From an uncultured Gemmatimonadales bacterium (GTDB taxonomy: Bacteria; Gemmatimonadota; Gemmatimonadetes; Longimicrobiales; Longimicrobiaceae): a DNA stretch of 64,000 nucleotides. Shown one piece after another: positions 1-9,195 of the stretch (position 1 is the stretch's first letter; each line of letters opens with the position of its first letter). The stretch lies in contig CAWBZF010000003.1 of NCBI GenBank assembly GCA_963793235.1, positions 275,493 through 339,492 on the forward strand, given 5' to 3'. The notes below the pieces were generated by a model. It saw only the letters and a program-made list of their open reading frames with translations. It was not told the origin of the DNA and ran no database searches. The position numbers and the translations under genes were made by a program.

Positions 1-77
1 TGGGCCGCCAGTCCCGACGCACTCACGCCCGCCAGGAGGAGAATCAGGGTGCCGATGAGAATCGATCGAGTGCGCAT
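1..77 (-). CDS. Partial CDS: N-terminus of a secreted protein (signal peptide MRTRSILIGTLILLLAGVSASGLAA...) that continues beyond the window start
   Basis: Reverse-complement ATG at 75-77 followed by a classic n/h-region signal peptide. The ORF runs off the window edge. Confidence 0.3.
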   Translation of the reverse strand, partial: MRTRSILIGTLILLLAGVSASGLAA

Positions 78-193
78 CTTCTGCTCTGGATCTGTCGAGG
101 TTGATGGCGCCCGGAGGCGCGAGGCCTGCTGAACTGTACAGCGCGCTTGCCACATAAGTTGGGGTGCCCCCCCTCGGTCGCGTAATCCTGCCC

Positions 194-256
194 CGGCGTC
201 ATCCTGAGCGAGGCGAAGCGCCTGTCCCCGTTCGCTTCGCTCAGGATGACGCCGGG
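194..256. repeat. Long imperfect palindrome built from the REP-like motif CCGGCGTCATCCTGAGCGA(GG)CGAAGCG ... CGCTTCGCTCAGGATGACGCCGG. It lies downstream of the M1 peptidase gene and is a probable terminator or REP element.
   Basis: Inverted repeat read directly in the sequence. One arm (TTCGCTCAGGATGAC) recurs at 45925-45947. Confidence 0.6.
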
Positions 257-448
257 GGCAGGGCGACGGGATTGGACGATCCCCAAGTCTCTGCCCCAAC
301 GAAAGATCCGGGCCGTCCATGGACGCCCCGGATTCCCCAGCTACCCGGCCCACCCTGTGCTCAGGAGCTTCGCTCGCCCGCACCACCGGGCTCGGATGAA
401 CAACGAATCACGAACAACGAAAAACCAGTCCTCCTCCGCGCATCCTCC

Positions 449-2239
449 CTACATCCGCACCGTGTTGTTGCTCCGGTCCACCTCGATCAGCACCTCGCCG
501 GGATCGATCACCACTTCGTCAGGGCGGGAGTTGGTGACTACTTCCAGCACCTGCCGGCGATCGCGCGAGGTGAGGGTCCGCTCGACATCGCCGACCCGCA
601 CACGCACCGGCATCCAGGCCGGCCCCAGGCGCAGCACCTCCGCTCGCGTGCGCCACCGTCCGTCCGTGAGGCGCTCCACCTGCACCTGGCCGACGGAGAA
701 GTCCAGGGTATCCGTGGTATGGAACCACTGGTCGAAGAACCAGTCGTAGTTCTCGCCCGTGGCCCGATTCACGGCCTGCCGCAGGTCGGCTTCGCGCACG
801 TGCTGCAGCCGGTTCTCCCGGTAATACGTTCGCATGACCTCCCGCATCGATTCGCCGCCCACCATCTCGCGGAGCATCCGGAAGATCAGACCGGTCTTGC
901 GATATGTCATCGCGGTGTAGATCGGCGGATCCGGGAACTCGGCGCCCGGCCGCGCGATCGGGTAGGTCTGCCCGAGCCGCTCGCGCTCTCTGATGGCGCG
1001 CATTCCTGCCGCCCACACCTCCGCATTCCCCTGATCCTCCAGGTACCAGTTGGTCACGAAATCGGTGAAGCCTTCGTCCAGCCACCCGTCGCGCCACTCG
1101 TTGTTGGCGAGGATGCCGTGCAGATACTGGTGAACGGTCTCGTGTACGATCAGCCCCTCGCTGGGCGAGCCGTTCATCATCATCATCGGGAACTCGGTGC
1201 CCCCGCTCTCGATGCGCCGCAGGTTCGTGAGCTGCGGCCAGGGATAGGGCCCGAACAGATCCTGATTGTAGCGGAGGGCGGCGATGGTGCGTCCGAGGGC
1301 GACGCCGTTCCCCCACCCATCGTCAATCGGGCGGTAGAGCACGTGGATCGCGATATCGCCGCCGGCGTCACCGGTGCGCGGCAGCGTGGCGCTTTCCACC
1401 ACGTAGTCGGGGTCCACGCTCCAGGCGAAGTGATGCACCTCCTCGGCGCGCCAGCGAACCTGCCGCTGCCCTGCGGGCGCCGCGGCGGAGAGGAGCCCCA
1501 GCGGCTGCCGTTCCCGTGCGGGATAGAAGTCACGCTGCAGCAGAGGCTGCGCCGATCCCGGCACCGGGCGCCATCCCGGATCGCCGCTCACCGGCACACC
1601 CACCGAACCGATCACCTGGTCAGCCGCGATCTCCAGCACCACGTCGTACGAGCCGAACTCGCCGTAGAACTCGCCCTGCGGCAGCAGCGGCTGCGTCTGC
1701 CAGCTGCCGTGCTCGAACACCGCGATCCGCGGGTACCACTGCGCGAAGTCGAAGTGTCGGCCGGCACGCCCCTGCCGTCGCGGCGTGGTGGATGGGCGGG
1801 CGGTCCAGTCCAGCATGACCTCCACCGACGAGCCCGTGCGAAGCGACGTCGGGAGCGGGATCCCGACCACGGTGGAATCCGGTGCGCCGGGATACACCGC
1901 GCGCACGGCGGTGCCGTTCACGGTAACCGAGGACAGCCGCTCGAAGGCATGTTCGCGGGGGCCGAGATCCTGGAACCGCCGCTGATCGTACTCGAGTTCA
2001 CGACGCGCCCACGCGCTGTTGGGGCGGAAGGCGTTCAGATGCTGGTGGAACCAGAGCGTGTCGAGCGCCTGCGGGGCGTTGTTGGTGTAGCGCAGACGAG
2101 CGCGACCGTGAAGCGTCGCTGCCGCCTCGTCCAGGCGGGCCTCGATGGTGTACTCCACGCCCTGCTGCGAGCGGAGCGTGTCCTGACCTGCGGCCGCCAG
2201 CGTGAGCGCCGAGAGCGCGGCGATTGCCGTTGAAATCAT
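449..2239 (-). CDS. M1-family zinc metallopeptidase (aminopeptidase N-like), secreted
   Basis: The HEXXH motif (HETVHQY) plus a downstream WLDEGF glutamate motif is typical of peptidase M1. It has an N-terminal signal peptide MISTAIAALSALTLAAAGQ. The start at 2239 was chosen by the signal peptide; the ORF extends to 2515. Confidence 0.8.
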   Translation of the reverse strand: MISTAIAALSALTLAAAGQDTLRSQQGVEYTIEARLDEAAATLHGRARLRYTNNAPQALDTLWFHQHLNAFRPNSAWARRELEYDQRRFQDLGPREHAFERLSSVTVNGTAVRAVYPGAPDSTVVGIPLPTSLRTGSSVEVMLDWTARPSTTPRRQGRAGRHFDFAQWYPRIAVFEHGSWQTQPLLPQGEFYGEFGSYDVVLEIAADQVIGSVGVPVSGDPGWRPVPGSAQPLLQRDFYPARERQPLGLLSAAAPAGQRQVRWRAEEVHHFAWSVDPDYVVESATLPRTGDAGGDIAIHVLYRPIDDGWGNGVALGRTIAALRYNQDLFGPYPWPQLTNLRRIESGGTEFPMMMMNGSPSEGLIVHETVHQYLHGILANNEWRDGWLDEGFTDFVTNWYLEDQGNAEVWAAGMRAIRERERLGQTYPIARPGAEFPDPPIYTAMTYRKTGLIFRMLREMVGGESMREVMRTYYRENRLQHVREADLRQAVNRATGENYDWFFDQWFHTTDTLDFSVGQVQVERLTDGRWRTRAEVLRLGPAWMPVRVRVGDVERTLTSRDRRQVLEVVTNSRPDEVVIDPGEVLIEVDRSNNTVRM

Positions 2240-2269
2240 GGTCCGTTCTGTTGGGGTCGTCCCACCAAG

Positions 2270-3178
2270 ATGAGGCGGGTGGCGTGGGGAAGCAATCCGC
2301 GGGGTCTTGCTGGCGGTCCGCCCCCGGCCGAGCTTGGCTCTTCGCCTAAAGCCGCACCCCGGGATTCCCCCACCACACATCGACCGACGCCCGTGCTCCT
2401 CCGAACCTCCCCTTTCCTGCTCGTCCTTCTCCTCCCGGCCTGCCGCGGCGAGGAGCCGGCGGCCCTCGAGGTGGGGGAGGTGAGCGGGGTGGTGGAGAGC
2501 GAGTACGGCTATCATGTGCTCCGTCTCGAGAACCGGCAGCCGGTGCCGTTCGAGGAGGCGTCCAGGCCGGCTCTTCTCACGCGCGTTGTTCCGCCGCCTG
2601 TCGCCGCCGCCGCAATGGAGGTTTGGGCGGCCACGCGCGCGCGCGTCGCGCTGGATCCGGAGCGGGTCGGCTTCACCCTGGAGGCGCTGCGACGCGGCTG
2701 CATGCCTCTGGAAGTCGATCTGCTGCGGAGCGGCGGGGTGGAGCCATTCACCTCGCTTGCGCTCTCACACTCGCTGCTGACCCTCCCGCAGGAGCGGCGC
2801 GTCGGACTGCTGACGTCACCCGACGCATTCCTCGCCTGGGCTGAGGACGACGCGCGGGAGGCGTCGTGGGCGGCGCAGGCACGGCGCGAGGGAGCGGAGC
2901 CGCTCCCGCCGCCACCGGCCTTCGAGGAGATGACCGCACGCCTCCTCAGGGCGGGCGCGGCAATCGGCTTCGTGACGGGTGCTGGCCCCGCTACGATCCG
3001 CGCACGATCGCTCGCCGCCCTCCGCGCCAGGGGTCAGGAGGAGCGGATTGCACGGGCGGAGATCTCCTCCATCGGACCGGTCCTGCGGGAGCGCTACCCC
3101 GCGGCCGGCCCGGCCGGGTCCTGCTCCTCCGGCGGTTCCAGCAACTCAGAGATCCGGAACAGCGAGAACACTCTGTAG
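2270..3178 (+). CDS. Hypothetical protein beginning with a parvulin (PpiC-type PPIase) C-terminal motif. It is a possible truncated gene remnant.
   Basis: Its N-terminus reads ...EVGEVSGVVESEYGYHVLRLENRQPVPFEEA, which matches the end of PpiC/SurA/PrsA rotamase domains, but the preceding part of the domain is absent. Only 30 bp separate it from the divergent peptidase start. Confidence 0.3.
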   Translation: MRRVAWGSNPRGLAGGPPPAELGSSPKAAPRDSPTTHRPTPVLLRTSPFLLVLLLPACRGEEPAALEVGEVSGVVESEYGYHVLRLENRQPVPFEEASRPALLTRVVPPPVAAAAMEVWAATRARVALDPERVGFTLEALRRGCMPLEVDLLRSGGVEPFTSLALSHSLLTLPQERRVGLLTSPDAFLAWAEDDAREASWAAQARREGAEPLPPPPAFEEMTARLLRAGAAIGFVTGAGPATIRARSLAALRARGQEERIARAEISSIGPVLRERYPAAGPAGSCSSGGSSNSEIRNSENTL

Positions 3179-3675
3179 CCGGCCTCCTCGATCAGCGCGC
3201 GCCCGCCACCCTCGCGGTCGAGAAGCGCCATCACACCCATCACCTCCCCGCCCTCCGCCCGCACCGCGGCGCACGCCTCCAGCGCGCTGGCGCCGCTGGT
3301 GATCACGTCCTCGACGACGACCACGCGCGTCCCTTCGGCGAAGGCACCCTCGATCCGCCTTCCCGTTCCGTGCTGCTTGGGCTGCTTGCGCACTGAGAAG
3401 GCGTCGATGGGTTCACCGGCCAGCCAGCTGGTGTAGGCGATGGCGTAGGCGAACGGGTCGGCACCCATGGTCAGCCCACCCACCGCCTCCGGATGCAGTC
3501 CGGACGACTTGAGGAGCTCCCACCCCAGCTGTCCGATCAGGAACTGGCCCTCGGCGAGGTTGGTCGTTGAGCGGCAGTCCACGTAGAAGGAGCTCCGCGC
3601 ACCCGACGCGAGCACGAAGTCGCCGCGTCGTACGGAGCGCTCGCGGAGCAGGTCGATCAGTCTCTCTCGCTGCAT
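3094..3675 (-). CDS. pyrE: Orotate phosphoribosyltransferase
   Basis: Full-length similarity to PyrE, including the PRPP-binding motif VVVVEDVITSGAS. ATG at 3675. Confidence 0.85.
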   Translation of the reverse strand: MQRERLIDLLRERSVRRGDFVLASGARSSFYVDCRSTTNLAEGQFLIGQLGWELLKSSGLHPEAVGGLTMGADPFAYAIAYTSWLAGEPIDAFSVRKQPKQHGTGRRIEGAFAEGTRVVVVEDVITSGASALEACAAVRAEGGEVMGVMALLDREGGGRALIEEAGYRVFSLFRISELLEPPEEQDPAGPAAG

Positions 3676-3766
3676 CGGCTATGTTCGAGGGTATGATGAG
3701 TGTTGCGATCGTCGTGGGCGCGAGGAAGTGGATGCCCACGCCGCTCCGGGCGGGCGCTGCGCGGGA

Positions 3767-4045
3767 TCAGACCTGCGCTTCGTCCCACTCCTCCGCGACC
3801 GCCGGGGCGATCATCTCCAGCGCGGCCAGCGCGCGCGCGATCCCGGGCTGCTGGCGCGGGTCTGCCCCGGCCGCGAATTCCAGGAACTCCAGGTAGCGCG
3901 ACGGGTACGCCGCCGAGACGAATCGCCAGGCGTGTGCGCCGCTCGCTTCAACGCCGCGCTGCAGGGTCCGCCAGTCTCTCGCGTACTGCCGCAGCTGCTC
4001 GGCAGAGACGTCGCGGCGAATGCTGACCAGCCTGCGACGCTTCAC
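3767..4045 (-). CDS. Hypothetical small protein (92 aa)
   Basis: The ORF has a 4-nt ATGA overlap with the upstream gene stop at 4042-4045, suggesting translational coupling. No recognisable motif. Confidence 0.4.
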   Translation of the reverse strand: MKRRRLVSIRRDVSAEQLRQYARDWRTLQRGVEASGAHAWRFVSAAYPSRYLEFLEFAAGADPRQQPGIARALAALEMIAPAVAEEWDEAQV

Positions 4046-4773
4046 GAACCCTTCGCGGGCTGCGGCTCGCCGCCACCCGAAGCCCGACGCCTGCCACCGT
4101 CCTTGCGCCGGCCCTCTCGGCGGAGCACCTGTCCGAGCACGAACGCGCCGATGCGCGTCAGCGTGGAGGGACGGTAGCGGGCGGTGCTCCGCTGCAGCGT
4201 GCGGATCTGCAGGTCCACCTGCGTCGGTTTCAGGCGCTGGTGCCGTACCGCGAAGGTCAGGCGATCCATCTCATTGCGCAGTTCCGCGTCGTCGCCGGTT
4301 TCCCAGAGCACCCGGTCGGCGGCCTCCCGGGCGCGTGAGAGCACCGTCTGCGCACGCAGGTACGCACGCTCCCAGATCTCGCCGTCCGCCCTGATGGCGT
4401 CGTGGTAGTCGTCGGCCAGCGCATCGAGCAGTTCATCCAGCACGATGGCCCACGTGGAGGGCTGCCGGAGCTCCCGCGAATCCATTCCGCGCTCGACGAT
4501 CCGGTCCATGGCGCGACGGAACTTCAGCGTGGTCTCCACCACGCCCGAATCGGTGTCGGGGAGTTCCGCCAGAAAGTCGACAATGGCATCGTAGATGCGC
4601 GCCGCGGCCACCGCGTCCAGCGCATCGATCTGATCCACCAGGTCGCTGACGCGCGTAACCATCCCCTCGCGGAACAGCTCCATCGAGGGAGGATGCTCTT
4701 CGAGGAAGTGGCCGATCTCGGCATCGATCAGCGTCTCGAGAACGACCAGCTTAGCGAAAGTATCGGCCTTCAT
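4042..4773 (-). CDS. Hypothetical alpha-helical protein (243 aa)
   Basis: A long ORF in the same operon orientation as pyrE with an ATGA overlap to the downstream ORF. Acidic/helical composition and no recognisable family. Confidence 0.45.
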   Translation of the reverse strand: MKADTFAKLVVLETLIDAEIGHFLEEHPPSMELFREGMVTRVSDLVDQIDALDAVAAARIYDAIVDFLAELPDTDSGVVETTLKFRRAMDRIVERGMDSRELRQPSTWAIVLDELLDALADDYHDAIRADGEIWERAYLRAQTVLSRAREAADRVLWETGDDAELRNEMDRLTFAVRHQRLKPTQVDLQIRTLQRSTARYRPSTLTRIGAFVLGQVLRREGRRKDGGRRRASGGGEPQPAKGS

Positions 4774-4971
4774 GGTTGCAGACGGCGGCGGGAAGAATCT
4801 GGATAAAGCTCTCCGGGCACGGCGCCGGAGTCAAGTACGCATGGTGGTGGCGTGCGGCTCCCGGGCCGGGCTGCGTCACACCTTCGCACGGATGTTCCTC
4901 GCGGCCCAACCCGCTGCACCGGTCGCCTCTTGATCCCTTCCATGCACATCCGTTGCCGCGCGGGCGAGGTG

Positions 4972-7413
4972 ATGCCGCCGCGCGTGTCAGGACGCGCGGG
5001 CCGGGCGGTGGCGATACTCCTGCTTCTCCTGCTTCTCCCGCTTCTCCCGCTTCTCCCGCTTCTCCTGCTTCTCCTGCTCGCCGCGCCCCTGCCGGCCGCG
5101 GCACAGTCACCGGCCACCCTCCTCGGGCGCGCGCAGGACGCCGGCGGCACTCCGGTGCAGAACGTCGCCGTTACCCTGCTGGGCGCCAGCGATCCCTCGT
5201 TCCGCAGGACGGTGCTCACCGACGCGGCCGGCGTATACCGCATGGTCGGGCTCCCCGCTGGCCGCTACCGGCTGCGTGCGGACCGCCTCGGCTTCCGGGG
5301 CGGCGACGAGCGCGACCTGGTCCTCGCGGCGGGGGAGAGCCGTCGCCTGGATCTGGTGCTCGCCGTCGACACCGTGGCGATCGAGGGGATTCTCGTGGAG
5401 GGACGCCGCGACCGTGACCGCGAACGCGCACGCTTCGACAGTGAGCCGGGGGTGACCGCCCGAGTCGTGGAAGGCGCCGCCCTGAAGGTGCTCCCCGGAC
5501 TCGCCGAGGCGGACGTGCTCCGTGCCATCGAGCTGCTCCCCGGCGTGGTTTCCACCTCCGACTTCTCCAGCGCCTTCCACGTACGCGGTGGTTCAGCGGA
5601 TCAGAACCTCTTTCTGCTGGACGGCTTCCCCATCTTCAACCCGTTCCACCTGGGGGGTCTCTTCGGAGTGTTCAACTCGGACGCCATCGCGCGCGCCGAG
5701 CTGCTCGCCGGAGGATTCGGTGCGGAGTACGGCGGTCGTGTGTCCAGTGTGCTCAACGTGGAGAGCCGCACCGCGGAGGAGCCCGGCCTGGAGATCACCG
5801 GCGGCGTCTCGCTGCTGGCGACTCGCCTGCTCCTTCGCTCACAGCTCCCGAACGCGGTCGGGAGCGCGCTCGGCGGCGAGGGCGGGAACTGGTTCGTTTC
5901 GGCGCGGCGCTCCTACTTCGATCAGCTCCTTCGCCCTGTGGTGGACTTTCCGTACCACCTCACGGATCTGCAGGGCCACCTCTCGCTGGACACCCGCGGC
6001 GGCGGTCGCGTGAGCGTCACCGCGTACGCCGGCCGGGACGTGCTCGACCTCTCTGATTTCCAGCCGCCGGGTGGGGAGGACGAGGGCAGCATTCTGCGCC
6101 TTCGCTGGGGGTGGGGAAACCGGGTCACGGGACTCCGCTGGGAGCAGCCGATCGGGCAGGGGTGGATTTCCGATTCGCGGATCGGCTACACCGCGTTCGA
6201 CGAGGCCCTCGGCTTTCTGGACTTCGACGACGTTCGCTTCTCGAGCGAGGTGGGGCAGCTGATGGCGCGCACCGAACTCTCGCGCGACCTCTCCCGCGTG
6301 CTCTCGCTCCGGACGGGCCTCGCGGCCGACCGGATCCGCTACGCGAACCGCGGAGAGGCGGGCGGCACGGTGTTCTTCGATTCTCGCGACGGCGGCGTAC
6401 TGCTCGGCGGATACGGGAGCGTTCGCTGGCTTCCCGGCGAATGGATCGTGGAGCCCGGACTGCGGCTGGACTCGTGGTCCGCCGGTACCGCTACCCATAC
6501 GCTGCTCTCCCCCCGCTTTGCGGCCAAGCGATTCCTGGACCGGGAACGGGAGTCGGCCGTCAAGTTCGCCGTGGGCCGCTACACGCAGTTCCTGCACTCG
6601 CTCCGGAACGAGGAGTTCCCGGTTTCCAACGACACCTGGATCGCAGCCGACGAGTTCGTACCGGCCGTCGTCTCCGACCAGGTGCAGCTCGGGGTGGAGC
6701 GCATCTGGGGGGATCGCTGGTCGCTCTCTCTCGAGGGCTATCTTCGCGGGTTCCGGGGCGTCACCGAGTTCAACATCGCGGACGATCCCAACGATCCGTC
6801 CGATGACCTGCTCTCGGGGACGGGCCGCTCCCACGGGGTGGACCTTCTCGCCCGCCGGACGGCGGGTCCGCTCCAGGGCTGGGTCGCGCTCTCGTACCTT
6901 CGCGCCACCCGAACCCTTCCGGATCCGCTCGCCGCGGGCTGGGAAGATCTGCCTCCCGAGATCACCTTCGCGCCGATCTTCGATCGACGCATCGATCTGG
7001 ATCTGGTGGTGCAGTACGACGCACCGCGCGGAATCGAACTGGGCGCCCGCTGGAACTTCGGCTCCCCGCTCCCCTACACCCGCCCGGTCGGGCAGTACGT
7101 CGCCTGGCGCTACAACCCGCTGCGCGGGCGGTACGAGCCGACCGCCTCCGGTGGAGATGGCCCGCCGCTGTACGTGGTGCTGGGTGAGAGGAATGCCGAG
7201 CGGTATCCCCCGTACCACCGGCTGGACGTGACTGTGAGACGCACCTTCGAGCGACCCTGGGGGAGCTGGACTCCCTACCTCCAGGTGCTGAACGTCTACA
7301 ACCGCCGGAATGTGCTCTTCCACTTCTACAACTATGATCGCGTGCCGCCGACCCGCTCAGGGCTCAGCATGTTCCCGCTTCTTCCCGCCGTGGGAGTGGA
7401 GATGAGCTTCTGA
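4972..7413 (+). CDS. TonB-dependent outer-membrane receptor with an N-terminal carboxypeptidase-regulatory-like domain
   Basis: It has a signal peptide, a CarbopepD_reg-like segment (GVYRMVGLPAGRYRLRA), a plug-domain motif DGFPIFNPFHLGGLFGVFNSDAIARAELLAGGFGAEYGG, and a C-terminal terminal-Phe barrel end (VEMSF). A GAGGTG SD precedes the ATG at 4972. Confidence 0.8.
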   Translation: MPPRVSGRAGRAVAILLLLLLLPLLPLLPLLLLLLLAAPLPAAAQSPATLLGRAQDAGGTPVQNVAVTLLGASDPSFRRTVLTDAAGVYRMVGLPAGRYRLRADRLGFRGGDERDLVLAAGESRRLDLVLAVDTVAIEGILVEGRRDRDRERARFDSEPGVTARVVEGAALKVLPGLAEADVLRAIELLPGVVSTSDFSSAFHVRGGSADQNLFLLDGFPIFNPFHLGGLFGVFNSDAIARAELLAGGFGAEYGGRVSSVLNVESRTAEEPGLEITGGVSLLATRLLLRSQLPNAVGSALGGEGGNWFVSARRSYFDQLLRPVVDFPYHLTDLQGHLSLDTRGGGRVSVTAYAGRDVLDLSDFQPPGGEDEGSILRLRWGWGNRVTGLRWEQPIGQGWISDSRIGYTAFDEALGFLDFDDVRFSSEVGQLMARTELSRDLSRVLSLRTGLAADRIRYANRGEAGGTVFFDSRDGGVLLGGYGSVRWLPGEWIVEPGLRLDSWSAGTATHTLLSPRFAAKRFLDRERESAVKFAVGRYTQFLHSLRNEEFPVSNDTWIAADEFVPAVVSDQVQLGVERIWGDRWSLSLEGYLRGFRGVTEFNIADDPNDPSDDLLSGTGRSHGVDLLARRTAGPLQGWVALSYLRATRTLPDPLAAGWEDLPPEITFAPIFDRRIDLDLVVQYDAPRGIELGARWNFGSPLPYTRPVGQYVAWRYNPLRGRYEPTASGGDGPPLYVVLGERNAERYPPYHRLDVTVRRTFERPWGSWTPYLQVLNVYNRRNVLFHFYNYDRVPPTRSGLSMFPLLPAVGVEMSF
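5017..5079 (+). repeat. 9-bp tandem repeat (CTGCTTCTC / CCGCTTCTC, about 7 copies) encoding the poly-Leu/Pro hydrophobic core (LLLLLLLPLLPLLPLLLLLLL) of the receptor signal peptide
   Basis: Direct repeat visible in the sequence. The period is a multiple of 3 and lies inside the CDS. Confidence 0.7.
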
Positions 7414-8342
7414 TGGCGCGATTCGCGTGGGTCCGCCCGATCCTCCTTCTCCTGCCGCTGCTCGCCGGCTGCGAGCTGGCGGAGGTCACCACCCCGGAAG
7501 GTCGCGATCTGCTGGTGGTGGAGGGCGCGATTCGGGCGGGAAACCACCGGCAGAGCATCCTCCTGCACCGGACCCTGATGGGGAACGTGGTCCGTGGTGA
7601 GCCCGGGGCCCGCGTCGCGATCGTTCGGCCGGACGGCACGGCGGTCGTGCTGCAGGAGGAGCCCGTCACAGCCTGCACCGACAACCTCGCCTCTCTCGCG
7701 GCCGATTCAACGGAGGTTCGGGCGAGCTGCTACTCGGCGCGCTTCACGGTGCAACCCGGTGCCACGTACGAGCTCAACATCACCACCGCGGACGACCTCG
7801 CGCTCCGGGCACGAACCACGGTGCCGGGCGACTTCGACCTGCGCGTTCCCGCGCTCCCGCGCAACTCGCTCTGCCGCCTGCAGCCGTTCACCAACATCCC
7901 CCTCGTCTGGTCTCAGAGCCAGGGGGCGTGGGCGTACTTCGGCCGCATCGGCGTGAGCGGACTGCGCGAAGCGTTCGCGGGCACCGGGATCGCAGCGCCG
8001 GAGTACCTGCAGCTCACCGGTCTGGCGATCTCCCAGAGCGATACCACCATGCTTCTGCCGCGCGACTTCGGAGTGTTCGATCGGTTCGACGGCGATCTCG
8101 ATCTCCTGCTCGCACTGCAGGCCGGCTTTCCCGCCGGGTCGCGCGTGGAGATGTCAATGACGGCGGCGGACCGCAACTATGTCAACGGTGTGCGTGGCGG
8201 GGCATTCAACCCCTCGGGCAACGTTCGCATTTCCAGTGTGGTGGGGGATGGCGTCGGGATGTTCGGATCGGTGGTGATCCGGCGGCTGATGGTGGACGTC
8301 TCCACCGGCGGAACGCTGCAGCCCTGCCTGCCCGGGGGGTGA
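7413..8342 (+). CDS. Lipoprotein, DUF4249-like, partner of the TonB-dependent receptor
   Basis: Lipobox LLAGC. The start codon overlaps the receptor stop (TGATG). The length and gene context are typical of DUF4249 lipoproteins encoded after CarbD-type TonB receptors. Confidence 0.6.
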   Translation: MARFAWVRPILLLLPLLAGCELAEVTTPEGRDLLVVEGAIRAGNHRQSILLHRTLMGNVVRGEPGARVAIVRPDGTAVVLQEEPVTACTDNLASLAADSTEVRASCYSARFTVQPGATYELNITTADDLALRARTTVPGDFDLRVPALPRNSLCRLQPFTNIPLVWSQSQGAWAYFGRIGVSGLREAFAGTGIAAPEYLQLTGLAISQSDTTMLLPRDFGVFDRFDGDLDLLLALQAGFPAGSRVEMSMTAADRNYVNGVRGGAFNPSGNVRISSVVGDGVGMFGSVVIRRLMVDVSTGGTLQPCLPGG

Positions 8343-8463
8343 GCAGAAGCGAACACAGCGGGATCGGTGGACGACTGCGCGGCAAGGAGTGAAACGGAGG
8401 CGGGTCGGCTCGCAGGTCGGAAAAGGGGAGTGGCGGCGGGCGCGTGCCCGCCGCCACCGGTCG

Positions 8464-9195
8464 CTACCGGATCGAGAAGACCAGCATCACCTGGGCTCGC
8501 ACCGTCTGCTCGCCCGGCTGGATGGGCGTCGGCGGCGCGGCCGCTGCCTGCATGCGCATCATCTGGTCGCCCATCACCGGGTACGGGCGGACCGGTTCGG
8601 TGGTGGTGCTGGCGTCGAGCACCGGCCCGAGCTGCACACCGAGCGCAGCCGCGATCGTCTCTGCCGATGCCCGCGCCGCCTCCACCGCGGAACGGAGCGC
8701 GACGGCCTGCGCCGGCGCGCTGTCGCGCAGCTGGAAGGCGATTCCGTCCATCCGGTTCGCACCCGCGCCCAGCGCGGTGTCGATGAAGGAACCGACCCGG
8801 TCCAGACTGGTCGTGCGGAGCACCACCTGGTTGGATGCGCGATACCCACGGATGCGCGGCTCCCTGCGCCCTTCCTCGTGCGCGTACTCCGGGTGCAGCG
8901 AATACCCGCGCGTTTCGAGGTCCGCCCGGGGCACACCCGCCGCCACCAGCGCGGCGATCACGCGATCCATCAACTGCGCGTTGTCGCGGCCCGCGATCTG
9001 CGCGGTGTTCCCCACCGTCTCCACCGCGAACATGATCAGCGCCTGGTCGGGCTGCGCCCGCGACTCCCCCATCCCGCTCACGCGGATCGTGCGCTCCTGC
9101 GTCATCACCGCCGGCTGCTGCGCGGTGGCCGGTGCAGTCGCACAGGCGAGCGCCATCAGCGCCATCGGCCATCCCCTCCGGATCAGGTATCGCAT
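8464..9195 (-). CDS. SIMPL-domain (DUF541) periplasmic protein
   Basis: Signal peptide and overall SIMPL/26 kDa periplasmic immunogenic protein-like sequence. Confidence 0.7.
   Translation of the reverse strand: MRYLIRRGWPMALMALACATAPATAQQPAVMTQERTIRVSGMGESRAQPDQALIMFAVETVGNTAQIAGRDNAQLMDRVIAALVAAGVPRADLETRGYSLHPEYAHEEGRREPRIRGYRASNQVVLRTTSLDRVGSFIDTALGAGANRMDGIAFQLRDSAPAQAVALRSAVEAARASAETIAAALGVQLGPVLDASTTTEPVRPYPVMGDQMMRMQAAAAPPTPIQPGEQTVRAQVMLVFSIR

Noticed and set aside
164-2233. A 689-aa ORF on the plus strand
   Set aside because: It is antisense to the clearly recognisable M1 peptidase and has an Arg/Pro/Gly-rich composition typical of high-GC shadow ORFs.
5839-7323. A 494-aa minus-strand ORF inside the TonB receptor gene
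   Set aside because: It is an antisense artefact. The plus-strand frame carries the plug and barrel motifs.
8177-9172. A 331-aa minus-strand ORF
   Set aside because: It overlaps the SIMPL gene in another frame and has a Gly/Arg/Ala-rich low-complexity composition.
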